Below, in pieces: positions 50,963 to 64,000 of a DNA stretch of 64,000 nucleotides. The stretch's first letter is position 1. Each line of letters begins with the position of its first letter. The DNA comes from Hypanus sabinus (taxonomy: Eukaryota), in NCBI RefSeq assembly GCF_030144855.1, contig NC_082713.1:35588001-35652000 (forward strand), read 5' to 3'. The translations under genes were made by a program, and so were the position numbers. The notes under the pieces were generated by a model. It did not search any database. It was given only the letters and a program-made list of their open reading frames with translations, and had not been told where the DNA came from.

Positions 50963-53900
50963 ACCTGATCATTACTGCACAACGTGGCAGTAATCATTGC
51001 AGGGGTTGACATGGATTTATCTCAAGAGTATGACTCTGAAAAATATCTATTAATTGGTTCCTTTGAACCTATGCCGCTAATGTCTCTTTCTACCAACTAA
51101 AGTACCTTGAATTCTAAATGACGAAAACTGAGGGTTTGAGAGACACAGCCATAAAATTCTCCACAAGCTACCTTAGTGCATCACACACTTACTATATGGC
51201 AGTCATGGTGTGCTTTATCACTTGTATACTTGGAATGCAGAGCTCTTTGTATTTAATGTTTTTTTTTGTCCTCACACTCCTCTCTTGCAATCCTTCTTTG
51301 AGTCTGCAGCTTCCTGCAGATGCTGCAGGTTTTACTAAGTGATGCCAAAAATAAGTAAATGAAAGCTTCTGTAATGTCCAATTCAGAACATTCATTAGTC
51401 TGTCATTAATATTGTAATCACAGATTGCCTTAATCTTTCAGGGAAGTGCAATGATTTCATGGGGAATGGCGATGCCTCAGGAACAAAAGCACAACATCAT
51501 GATCATAAAAATGGCAAACAGTATTTATGAGGGTGTGTTTCTTTTAGGCCTTCTCTGTCTTTCAATTGCCTGCTGACTATCACTGTTCAAGCTCTCCAAT
51601 AATGAATGGACACATTAGTGACACGATGTCCCTTACTCACGGGCCTGGAGACCAATTATAGTGTTCCAAATGCTGATAAGAGTGAAATTAGCTGGCACAG
51701 AACAGACCAGCGTGTGAAGAATCATTAATTTTTGTCTAGCTGCTTTATAGTTATGGATATTCTAAGAGCCGGTTATTAGCTAGAGTCTGTAGATAGTATT
51801 GCTCTTCCAAATTTCTGCTAAATTCTTAGGACTGAAATGATACCTACAATATATATAGAAAACACAGATTTCAATTCAATATACTGCCTTTCAGTAATTA
51901 AGATATTACATCAGTTGTCCTTTTTTCTTTATTACTTGTATATATGCTGCCATTTGGAGGATAATAAAAACTAATGATCACAACTATATTGTGATTCACT
52001 AAAGTTGCTGCAGGATTTGTACAAAAACATGAAGAAAAGAATAATGAAATGGTCCATAGTATAGAGGGTAGACATGAGAAATATAAGTTACAACATTTAG
52101 ACACATCTGAAAGATGTTCTAGTTATTTTGCTTGTTTGCAGCTGATGTTGTATTGGCAAAATTGACATTGATTTTCTCATATAATATTCAGCTGATGGTC
52201 CCTGCATAATCTTAGAATCTTAATCTTATGGTTGCATTGCAGAATTTCTACCTGAATAGATTAATAAAACAGATTCTAGGTCTGCTTCAATATGGCTACC
52301 TCCAATTTTCTTCCATATTATTTTCCTTTTTTTTTCTCTTGGTAATTATAATACCAGAAAATACTCACTTATAATCATTTGCTCATCCACATCAGATGAG
52401 TCACCCATTGCCATGTCTTATAAGGTTTTCATATTTGTTTGCCTAACTCGTTCCTACCCCATTTATTATATGAGGGAACATATGGAGTTTAAGTTTTATT
52501 TGGTGTGTAGCCCTTTAAGGATTGGAACACATGAGCAACAGTGAGTATGCACGGCAAAAAATGTCCTGGGAGAAGGTGCAAGAATATTTATTTCTCTGTT
52601 GATAAGTTGCCTGTTTGATTGTAGGTACTTTCATTTAACTGAGCAGACTGTTAGTTGATACAACATCTCGAAAGTGACACTAAATATTTATGCCATTCCA
52701 ATAAGAATATCTCGATGTCTTGCATGACATCAACCACTGTAATTAAGCTTTTGCTGGATTTCAAATTATCCCTATGGTCTAGTTACTTGGACTTCTTAGA
52801 CTCTTTTTAGCTGGCACGATAAAAGTGGGTTGAATGGCATTCCCTCATACTGTAATTTTCCATGATTTGAATCCACAATGTTTATAAGAGGAAAGCTGTT
52901 TAACTTTGGGAGGCAATACAGTTGAGTTTTCTTGTAATTTATACAACTGTTCATTTTAAATCAGGGTACAACATTCTGACTGATCATCTCCTCTGTAGCC
53001 ACTGGAATTAACAGGAGAATAATGGTAATCTGGCACCTTTAGAATTCTTGTGCTGACAGACTGGCAGAGTTCCCAGATATTTAGATTCCACTTTTACAAC
53101 TTACACCGCGGTATAACTCAGCGAGTTCAAATGGATTGAGAAGCTGAACTCCAGTAAGTTTAAAGGTAGTACAGGGAATAAAACCCAGTGTATTTCAGCT
53201 TACTAAAATAAGTCAAAATATTCAAAAACTCTGAACTCCAGCTTGGACCCTAGAGCCTGATACCATCTGCATCCTTAATCCCTGTAAATTGTCCATGATC
53301 CTGGGTCTCAGATACCTGCCTGACATTCTCAGGTTTACACAAATAGCCTTGTGATGACATTAATCCACAATAGACTTGAGGTACTGATGAACAGCATATA
53401 TGCCAAACCATTGGGAGCTCCAACCAATCAAGTACCAGATTGTCAGAGCTTTACACACAGCAAATTGACCACTGCTGAACCCACCTCAAGAAAACTATAT
53501 TAGCATAGTTCAGCCTGAGGTCCAATAGGAATAGTTTACTTTTGGTTTCTTTATTACTTCCAAATAATCATAATGCCATTAATAAATACAATTTTCTTTC
53601 CAGTATCAAATAGAATTTGCACAGTCATCTTTCTGATAATAGGTATCACTAGACAAACCATGATATGTTGATCTTACTTGCTTTACTGGGTTTCTTTCTC
53701 AGTATCTAATTTATTTTGAGGCAGCAGTGACATTAACATTTACCTCTGCTTAAAACAGTATTTTCAAGCGAGACCTCACTGTCCCTAACTTCCTTCAAAT
53801 GTCATTAAAGTGATTCTGCTTCAATGCTGTTAAGTTTACTCTTAAACTATCTTGATTTACTCATTAAAAGAACAGTCTTGTATTTTTTAGAAACAGTCTA

Positions 53901-56900
53901 CTGTGCATCAAATCTTGACCAACTTGCAAATGTTGCATAAATAACTCATACTGTACTTTTGATAAAATGAAATTTATGTCATATCTGTGAGATTCTACTC
54001 CACAAATACAGCTGAAGTCAACAGACATCAGACCATATGTGGCCAGTGAGATTCAGATACAATGGGAATAGTCTAATGTATGATCCCAATCAAAACAAAA
54101 ATCCAAACAAAGTCAATAATAGATTTGTTGTTGAAAACAGACACTTACTACTTAAGTAAATGAAAGATCCTCTTTGCATGATTCTATTAATAATCACCAA
54201 TACTCTTCTTGACTTGATTCTCAAGCCAAAATTAAAAATTGTTTCACTTCAGTCCCTCAGAGTTATTTTGGCAATGAAGGCACATGCACAATTTCATAGG
54301 GCAAGTAACTCTGATATTCCATTGAAACAGTGCTTTGAAATTTGTAAGCATCTTATTGCGCATCACCGTTACTTTTCTCTAAGACTGATAACCTTCCAAT
54401 CTCTCATGGTCCAGTCTCACCTGATGTTTTACCAGTATAACCTTGTCAACACCTTGTGTTGGTGACAGCATTAATAATTTGAGTTTTCCAAAAGCAGGAT
54501 AAAAGATAAATTATCAAAGCACTTCTAAAAATCCTGTCCAGTGGATATTTAGTTTTTAAAGTCAGTTACATGCCTGAAGCAATTCTTTAAATTAGTTCTT
54601 TTGAGAAAACATGATGTTGTTTTGCTTTTGGGTCAGCAAGTAACTTTTATCATCATCACTAACATTTATTTTTACTGTGGAGTTCAAACTGAAATTTTAT
54701 GATCATACCACTGCATTTGTAGATTTGCAAAAACACTTGATTTCAATTACACTGCTTGAATAATATTCTGCAGAAAGCAAACTTTTTAATAACTCTGTTA
54801 AAATGACAGATACAGAAATATCATACTCATATGTCAAACACTTGTACACCAATGTTCACAGAACTATTTGCAGATATAATGAGCAGCTGGGATATAAATT
54901 ATTTGTGAGAAGTTACTGAGTAAAATATCATGAGGGAATATTAATATGTTGTGAAAAATCCTTAATAATTATTCCACACCCTTCTTCACCCAGAGATGTC
55001 ATGAATTACAATTTAATAAATTTTAAATTGCCCTATATAACCTGTCATTAGAGTTACCCTATGCTGTGCTCAACTAGAAACTTCAGGATTAGTTCCTTGC
55101 TGTAAACGGTATTAGTTAATCTCAGCAGTAGGGTATTACAATGAGTGTCCCACAACTAGGGACAATGAGAAAAACCAACCTGTGTAACTGATTGCTGTCT
55201 GGCTGCCACCCACCCCTGCTGTTCTGCGTCTGTATGTGTGAGGACAGTAGAAGACAGTGTGATAAAGTTTGTTATTTGAGGATGTAACAGTTAACACTGA
55301 AACATCGATTTAATGTTCTGGTGGAATGCCAGAGTGAACTATTGATCTTCCTTCCTGGAAGTTTCTGAGGGAAGCTGCCCCCAGCTTAATGACAGATCAC
55401 TAGCTTGCTTCCTGCTTGAGGCAAAGATAACAAGCAGCTGGTTTTAGTGCCAGCAGATGAAGATCTGGTGGTTTGGTGGCTTGTTGACGTGCATGCAATT
55501 GTAGGGCGATACACTGGGCAAGATTTTGCAGCAAGTGTCCATTGTGAGCTAGTGGTAGAAGATATCCAGTTTCCATACGGGCCCAAAAGAGCCTCTTTCG
55601 TCCTATGCCAAAGCATGATTTATTTCTTATCTGATTTGAAAATCCACACCAAATAAAATCAAATATTATCCGTTTCAAGATATTCCAGTCTTTAGAACAG
55701 ATGTTAATAGCTCATGGTAAAATATATTGTCCAAGTACACAGAACTAAAAAGCACAAAGGAGGAGGACTTTTTGAATCCTCATGTAATTAGGAAAACAAT
55801 GAATAATACATATTTATCTAAATCATAGAGGAGGAGTCCACCAAACTACCGCTGTCTGTGCAATGACTCTGAACTACTCTAACACCATGGACCTGTATTC
55901 CCTTGCCTTATGGAATTTTGACAATTACTTATGTTTAAAAGAAAGTTCTTCGTCAATGATTCGTGTTCTAATAAAGCCATTCATCTTTGTTTTTCTGATA
56001 ACCATCAATTTAATCCCAGGCCAATATAAAGTATTTATCGCTTCATTTGAGACTTCAAACTTCACCAAATGTATTCGGTCAAAGTCCTAGGTTTGTAGTT
56101 ACTCTTTCTAATAGTAATGTTCCAAATTGAGACAGGGAAAACCAGAAGAGCAGAGGCCCCACCTTTTCCTGGGTCATAATGAATAAAATATGACTTTAAC
56201 CTGTGTTGCAGTTGTTAGCTGTGGATAAATACAAAGTACAAGTCTGGTTTGCATGGTTCGACTGTCAGTGTAGACTTATATGTTGTTGTTAAGTCCATGG
56301 TTCTAATATTGTTTCAAGAATGCCATTCACAAAGCTACATAGCATGCACCTACTATAGACCTGCCAACATATCTTCCTTGCCATTACACTGTTCTGTGTG
56401 CAGGCTGTTTGACCCTATTTTGCTGTTTCATGGTTCTTTCTTTCTCTGTTCTTACCTTTAAAGATTAATGCATTCCACCTTTGATCTCTTGTTGCTCCAC
56501 TCTGTTACAATTTAGGTAATACTTCCTTTCACTTTTCTTTTCTTAATATACTATGTAACATTTCTCCACATTCCCACTTAGATTCATATTGCACAATTGT
56601 GTTCATGTCCTCTTAAAATCTTATCCACTGGATCTAACAGTGTGCTACACTTCTTAATTTGTCATCATAAAAAATAGATGATTCATCTTCTGTCCAATTC
56701 CAAGTAAGCCTTTTCAAAATCATTTTCTGGTGAATATCTCTGAACAGTGAAAGGATTCTCGTTATTTACAGTGGTGTCTATATCCTTTTTAATTAAATAA
56801 TCCACAATAATCAAAATCAAATCAAAATATAAACTATATAAAAAAAATCTAATTGTCACATGTAAATGAAAAATAATTTCACAGTTAACAATAGATCACA

Positions 56901-57127
56901 TTCAGCCTCAGCTCTGACTACTTCTAAATTAGAATAAAATGCAGATTCCAGCACCTGCTGTTATTTTGATTTTAAGATCCTTGACATCTTTGTCAAAGAC
57001 TCGACTTCCATTTACAGGTGACTGGTGCACCTTAGATGAGTTTAGTCACTGAAAAGACCCTACAGCTGGACTGGAGGATAAATGGGGACCCTCTGTATAT
57101 GGCCTTGTTTAGGTGGACAGAGGTTGT

Positions 57128-57350
57128 ACATAGAACAGAGAAAGTTACAGCATATTACAGGCCCTTCGGCCCACAATGTTGTGCTGACCATGCAGCCTAC
57201 TCTAGAGACTACCTAGCATTTCCTTGGCACATAGCCCTCTATTTTTCTAAGCACCATGTACCTATCTAAGAGGCGCTTAAAAGACCCTTTTGCATCTGCT
57301 TTCACCACTGCCACTGGTAGTGCATTCCACACATCCACCACTTTCTGTGA
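57128..57350 (-). mobile_element. CR1 3' end
   Basis: SQKVVDVWNALPVAVVKAD..FKRLLDRYM..IEGY. Confidence 0.85.
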
Positions 57351-57554
57351 AAGATATATCTGAAAATACAGATAACCATCTTTACTTCCAACAGCACCAC
57401 CTATTTTAGTGTCTTCTGTTGGAGTCACAAACTGTACATTCTCATCTACAAACGTAAATCAAAAATGTGAATGCCATAGCAATAGATCGAGAACAGATTC
57501 ATGGAAAACACCATCAGGTCCAGAAACAGTTATGATCCTTCAACCATCTGGCTC

Positions 57555-57618
57555 CTAGGGTTGTATATGGTGACACATACATAACTTGATAATAAATTTA
57601 CATTGAACTTTGAACTTT
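57555..57618 (+). mobile_element. Rex1-type tail fragment
   Basis: gggttgtatatggtgac..tgataataaatttacattgaactttgaacttt. Confidence 0.6.
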
Positions 57619-60106
57619 AATACTGTCAAAATTAGCCTCTCCCATTTAGACCTTTACCTTTACTCTTTCCATAACTAATTTAAAACTAATAGAACTGGAC
57701 TCAGTGTTTCCCCCCTTGTCCTGACTTATCCTGACCTATTGCTGAAGTGCAGCTCAAACCATTGTAGACTGCAATTCTAGACAGCAGACTACACTAGAAT
57801 ATTCCTTGGCTAAAATAGTATTGCTATTAATTCAAATCACTTATTTCATAAAATTAATGTCTGACACATCCAGGCACTGTCAGGCACATCCAGTTTGAGC
57901 AAGGACTGCTTAGTTTTTTTCCCCCAGGCTACTCCAATTGTCTGTCATCATTCCCTTTACATGAACAGTGTCCTGTCCAAAGCTAGTGGAATGAACTGAA
58001 GTTACATACATGGAGCAAGAAACTGAGAGGTCAATTTTACCTTGTTGGGAGCTCTGCACCAATCCTGGATTGTGCAAAATGGAACCACTCCTTCTTTTGT
58101 CACAATGAACTACCAAAGAATATAAATGATCAGTGACTTATGTTAATCGTAAGTAAATAAGTGCATGTGTGGAATGTAAATGGTTATGCTTGATAGGGGT
58201 GGAATGGCACATGTACAACTTCCAGTGTGACTGTTAGTGTAAGCAGGTCCAGGCTGAAGTAAGATCGTAGATATGGGTACAAAAATGATGCATGGTCTCT
58301 TTCTAGTTGGTTTAACTGGATGATTCAGATCTTGCCTTGTGAGTTCAGAACTGCATCCGTGACTGTTATCTGCAAGTACATTACTTTTGTTGATATCAAA
58401 ACAAAACAAAGAAAAAAAATTCTCAACAATTATGGCATTTAAGCAGGTACACTTTTTTTTATCACAGAGTATATCAACACCAGCATTTCTAATTGCATCC
58501 TATTTTAAGCATCAATATAGCCATGCCCATGAATTCTAATGTTACTGGAATGGATCAAAAAAAGTGCACATGAATATTTATCCCCCCATTTTAAAGTCTG
58601 GTGCAGTGTTTTATTGACATGCTTTATTTCATGATTTATGATATGTATCTTTGTTCAGTGCTGACTTCTCTTTGTTAGATAAGAATGTTGAATGGAACAT
58701 GGCTGGAATGAGCAGAACTATTCAGCTTTTAATTTAATATTCTAAGCACAGAAAGGTGCCTGAGGCAACGTTTTCCTTTTGTACCCAACAAATAAGGTTT
58801 AACTGGCAGATACCACTAGCAGAACATGGTTTTAAAACAGCAAGGTAACCGGTGCTGTTTCCTTTATCAATCTGTTTCTTGTTAGATCCATTCAACCACA
58901 ATATGCCAAGAGAGATAGAACACATCAGAAGAAAAGCAATGAAGGATTCCTTATTAGTCTGTGTGTTGATGAACGATGAGCCCCATGGATCAACTGCATT
59001 CATTGCAGCCGGGTGGCAACACTTATTGAGACTGGACTTTGCAACATGATTAAACTGGGAGAAAGTTAGCAACTGATCAAATGACAATTATTCATGTTGA
59101 CATGAAGGAGAGTGTGAGATGATGGAGGAGGAGGATGAGCATGGGATTAGACTGAGCTGTGGGGGCCACTGCTGGATATGATGGTGCAGTCATCTACACA
59201 ATTATACCTCTAATTACTGGTTATTTTAATACATGATTCATAGTATTAGACAGAATACTCTCAAATATGTCTTGAGAGTACCTCTACAGTCTACAAAGGC
59301 AAAAGGCTGTTGTAGATACATATCTTTACATTTCACAGAACAATACATTGCTGAATTTCTTTTGACATGTCATTTATTTGAATGTTTTACCTCAGAATCT
59401 TGTCTGCCACCTCCATTGGAAAGGTAGGAGTTAAACAACTACAATTCTGCCTTGATGTTATGTAGGCGCCCACTTCCTGCTGAACAAATTTCCTCACTCT
59501 TCAGGAACTGTGTTTGTTAATATTATTCTTATCATGTATGTGCCTGATGGTGGATAAAATTCCTCAGCATTTTTTAATGTCACTTCATCTCAAGTTGAAA
59601 TCTAGCAAGTTGGGTCAGCCATAAGGGTTGTTGCATTTCACTGTTTGGACGGAACTAGTTCTTCATTTAATCCACAAAAAAATTTAACCCACAATGCACT
59701 GCTGAAGAATTCGTCAGAGATTAATGCAGATTTTATTTTAAGGAGTAATGCTATCGGTAACTTGTAATTCTTTGTTTTCTCAAATAGCTGTGAAATGGAA
59801 TTATCCCCAATTGCTGCACAGCTTCTGTGAGGGCACCATCTTTGGTTTTCTGTTAGCATGCATTTAAGTTTAATCTCTGACAACACAATAACATTCTTAC
59901 CATTTATTGTTGCATCTGTTTTTTAAATCAATTGCCTCCTGCAAAATGTAGTTAAATATTATTAATATATCCATTGTTTTTGAAGGATATGTGTTTTATT
60001 TTAAATGCTTATTATGTCTATTTGGCCTGCTTATGATTGAGCCTGAGAGCGTCCTCCTGCACACAAATGGTCAAATGGAAAAATGAAACATTCATGGGAA
60101 AATATA

Positions 60107-60752
60107 CAGTGCCTATAAAAGGTATTCATCCCCCTTTGGAAGTTTTCATGTCTTATCGTTTAGCAGCATCGAAACACAGTAGAATTAATTTGGCTTTTTT
60201 GACACTGATCAGCAGAAAGTGACTCTTTCATGCCAAAGTGAAAACACATCTCCACAAAGCGATTTAAATAAATTACAAATATAAAATACAAAATAATTGA
60301 TTGCATAAGTATTCATCCCTTTCATGTCATTATTCACCAGTTGCATCTTTGGTGGCAATTACAGCCTTCAGTTTGTATGGATAGGTCTCTATCAGCTTTG
60401 CACATCTGGACACTAATTTTTCCCCATTCTTCTTTACAAAACTGCTCAAGCTCTGTTAGATTGAATGGGGATTGTGAGTGAACAGCTCTTTTCAAGTCCA
60501 GCCACAAATTGTCAATTGGATTGAGATCTGGACCCTGACTTGTCCACTCCAGGACATTAACTTTGATATATTTGTAATTAATGTAGATCACTTTGTAGAG
60601 ATCTGTTTTCACTTTGACATAAAAGTTATTTCTGCTGATCAGTGTCAAAAAAGCCAAATTAATTCCACTGTGATCCAATGTTGTTAAACAATAAAACATG
60701 AAAACTTCCAAGGGTGGTGGTGGGGGGGGGTGAATACTTTTTGTAGGCATGG
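60107..60752 (-). mobile_element. Internally deleted Tc1 (IR/DR type) transposon
   Basis: TA|CAGTGCC...GGCATGG|TA, ~190-210 bp TIRs, transposase remnant [27 protein letters not shown]. Confidence 0.92.
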
Positions 60753-61559
60753 TATGTGTCAAACCTACATTGTGTGGGAATGAAAAACTGCTAATTGGAG
60801 TCTTATAGTTTTTTTGAAGTCAAAACTTTTTGCAGGACCTTAGCAGCCCAAGCCTAGACACCTTGCCCAGCCTAGGTCAGGATAAAATAGCAATGAAGAC
60901 CCAAGCTAGAGATGGTATGTTTTGCAAATAAAATAGGACCTCAATAGCAAGTTATGGTAACTTCAAACAAGTGGCATAAACAATCAGCCCTGCTGAGGTT
61001 GGTGGCAGTTAGAAATGCTCTCTGCAACTAGCTGCAGTCAGGGAAGGAAGTATTTTAGCCAAAATTCAGATGAGGCTGAATATCGAGAATTGGATTTGTA
61101 CACAACCATTATCAGCTACATGGGTGATCTGTGATGATGGTGGGAACGGTGATAATAGTAATACACGCACAATCTGAATAAAGCTATTCAGTTAGAGATC
61201 CTGCTGTAAATCCTGAAGTTAAACTCTAAACAGGACAGTTATCTCGGAAAATGGTTCCTGTAAGGCATCATGTTATTGTGATTCCTGCCTAAAATATAAT
61301 ACTGCTGCACACAAGGCTTCCTGAACAATGTCACTACACTTCTGCGTTTCTCTGTATGTTGCACAGCATCACCATCTGCCTTTGGCTTTCTCTTAATTAG
61401 CAACAGCTGCAAAGATTTACCGATTCACTGTATATTTAGGAAAACTTTGACAACTGAGTGGTTTTCTCTCACAGACTGCAGAGTTTTCCACTCCTGTGGT
61501 TAGTGCCATTGATTAGCAATGCTCAGTGGGTGTCATAAAGCGTTCTTCAAATTATCTTC

Positions 61560-61686
61560 AACTCAAGAGATTCTGCAGGAGCTGGAAATCTTGAGCAACA
61601 CAAACAAGCTGCTGGAGGAATTCAGCAAGTCAGATAGCATTTATGAAGGGGAATGAACAGTTGATATTTGGGCCAAGACACATCCT
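61560..61686 (-). mobile_element. Short Penelope-derived fragment
   Basis: gattctgcaggagctggaaatcttgagcaacac..gctggaggaattcagcaagtcag..ttgggccaagac. Confidence 0.7.
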
Positions 61687-62093
61687 ATTTACTATCGTTC
61701 CTTTGGATGTATCTCCAATCAACTGCAGCCAACTCTTTTATTCCTTCTTATTTTCTTTCTTTAGATTTAAGACCCCAGTTTCACATTGGACTTGAGTCAC
61801 TTTAAAACTCACTGTAAAATTCTATTATACAAATAGCGCTGTATCCAAAGACCTGTATGCACAATGCCCTCTCCTTATCAACAAGTGGTCACATAAGCAA
61901 CCTTTCCTCACTGGTCATGTTGTACTCCCACCAACCACCAAGTTCCTGGCTCCCAGATTCCCAGATGGCTTTGGGAGAGCAGTGATTTGTGCCCAATTGC
62001 CAAATGTTGTTGGTAATGTATTTCTATATCTATAATAACGTAACTACCTTTGAAAGAACCAACTCCATTTGCACTCTCCTTCCTGGGGTAGAT

Positions 62094-63490
62094 TCATACG
62101 GTTATAGAGCAATACAACATGGATACAGGTCCTTTGGCCCAATGAGTCTACGCCAACCATGGTGCCCAGCCATCTAATCCCAATTTCCTGCACTTGGCTC
62201 GTATCTCTTCAGCCCTACCCCTGCATGAATGTATTGTTTTCAAATGATAATACTGTACTCGTCTTAACCATTTCCTCTGGCAGCTTGTTTTATACACTTA
62301 CCACCCACTTCGTAAAAAGATGCCCTCAAATCCCTTTTAAATATTTCCCCTCTCACCCTGCAGAATATCTATGTCCCTGTGGTAAACTATGTATACCTGT
62401 CTGGACAAGCCCCTCTGCTGACTGCTCCTGTGGCTCCTTCCACAGACCCCTGTATAAAGGCGATTGGAGGCACAGCCCCTTCCTCAGTCTCCAGGATGTT
62501 GTGGTCTCTTTTGCTGCTAGTAAAAGCCTATTGTTCACTTCCCATCTCCAAGAGTTATTGATGGTGCATCAGTCCCCTAGTTTTGGACTCCCCTACCTTG
62601 GGGAAAAGACTTACCACCAATCTATTGTCCTCATGATTTGTAAACCTCTATAAGATCACACCTCATTCTCCTACATTGCAAGGAGTAAGGACCTAGCCTA
62701 GCCAATCTCTCCCTATAACTCAGATCCTCAAGTCTTGGGGTAACATCCTTGCAAATCTATTCAGCATTCTTTCCAGCTTAATCCATTTTGGTGTGTATAA
62801 GGCTACAAATACCACCTCTTTGGTGATATGAATTGTTCTCTAAATCATCTCCACTAGTTTCTTTTATCTCATGAGCAACCATGATTTTCTCCTCTTAAAC
62901 ATCAAGAAGAAATTCTCTACAAATCTGACCCATTTCCTTTGGCTCAGAACATTGGCTGTCCTGTTGATCTTGAAGGGGACCAACTCATTCTCGAGCCACC
63001 TCTTTACTCTTAATATAGCTATAGAATTTCTTCGGAGTTTCTTTAACCTTATCTGCCAGATACATCTCATACCCTATCTTTGCCGCCACAATTACCCTCT
63101 TAAGAATATTCTTAATCTTTTTACAGTCATCAATGGATTCATCATACCTGACCTCCTTATCCAATACATGCTTCCCTCTACATCTTAACTACTGCCTCAA
63201 TATCTCTTATCAGCCAAGCTTCACTAAATTTTGCCAGCTTTATCTTTCACCCTAAAGGGACATGCTACTGCTGAACTCCTGTTGTCTCCCTCCTCTTGCC
63301 ACTCATTCCTTTCCCTTCAAATAGGCTTACCCAGTTGATCTCTGTTAGATCCTGCCTGGTTTCTTCAAAATTAGTCTGTTCCCTTGTCCATCACTACCCT
63401 AAAAAAAGAGAATGGAATTATGATCACCAGAGCTAATGTGCACCCAGTTACCTGTCTTGTCTCATTCCCTAGGAGAAGGTCCAGTATTTC
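62094..63490 (-). mobile_element. Decayed, internally deleted CR1 interrupted by a solo LTR
   Basis: 3' tail at ~62094; RT end to ~62790; linker and endonuclease remnants to ~63490. Confidence 0.7.
62378..62571 (+). mobile_element. 194-bp solo LTR with 5-bp TSD
   Basis: gtccc|TGTGGT...GCATCA|gtccc; TATAAA at ~62453; AGTAAA poly(A)-like signal at ~62519. Confidence 0.85.
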
Positions 63491-63747
63491 TCCCTCCAGA
63501 CACCTGAACTCCTGGCTGCATCTTGAATGCTAATCAGCCAGTGGTGCATCTGGTTATAATGTATTTGGTAGGAGGTTATGAGCCAAGTCTTGAGTGCTGG
63601 TGAGAATGATCTAACATAATCTCTAGAATACACCAGGAGTTTTTAAACACAGTTATGTAATTTATCCCGGACAAACAATAACTTCCACTATATTGTGATG
63701 GTGTTATTTTGTGCATATAACTTGGTTACAGAATTACAGACAAAATA

Positions 63748-64000
63748 CGCCCAGTTGCCATGTTATTAGGTACACCTGTACTCTTGCCCTTTATTGCACA
63801 GATCTAATAAGCCAACCATGTGGCAGCAACTCAATGCATAGAAGCATGCAGACATGGTCAAGAGGTTTAGTTGTTGTTCAGACTGAACATCAGAATGGGG
63901 AAGCAAAGTGTTCTAAGTGACTTTGATTGTGGAATGATGGTTGGTGCCAGTAGGGGTAGTTTGAGGATATCAGAAACTGCTGATTAGCTGGGATTGTCAC
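63748..64000 (+). mobile_element. Tc1 transposon 5' end (runs off the window)
   Basis: TA|cgcccagttgccatgttattaggtacacctg TIR; ATG at 63895 gives MGKQSVLSDFDCGMMVGASRGSLRISETAD*LGLS (paired-like HTH, with stop). Confidence 0.85.

Noticed and set aside
55386-55678. ORFs on both strands resembling a coding exon
   Set aside because: No recognisable homology; weak polypyrimidine tract
58734-59087. ORF pair with a plus-strand acceptor (tttcttgttag)
   Set aside because: All plus frames stop soon; no donor or known motif
1-64000. CRISPR arrays, rRNA/tRNA genes, prokaryotic operons, endogenous viral genes
   Set aside because: None seen; B-box-like motifs belong to SINE heads and all long ORFs are retrotransposon or Tc1 derived

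Overview
Vertebrate, intron-like or intergenic DNA. The repeat content resembles cartilaginous-fish (probably ray/batoid) genomes; this is inferred from recalled repeat families, not from a search. No host protein-coding gene is recognisable, and all long ORFs are transposon-derived. 7062-18762 is an 11.7-kb nest of at least five CR1 LINEs, including a full-length, lightly mutated copy (7835-12187; ORF1 zinc finger/leucine zipper/SGNH esterase, ORF2 APE endonuclease + RT). The rest carries fragments of CR1, Rex1/Babar, L2, L1, RTE and Penelope-like elements, SINEs, two Tc1 remnants, a hAT MITE, a solo LTR and one N gap. The best observations are: a family of short Penelope-derived insertions carrying a minimal hammerhead-ribozyme motif, with 9-11 bp TSDs and one inverted pair; a ~415-bp bipartite RTE-derived non-autonomous element; and a repeat-poor ~46-60 kb zone with enhancer-like sequence and a 24-nt microexon candidate. 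I found no evidence for a wholly new multi-gene system. Boundaries of degraded repeats are approximate.
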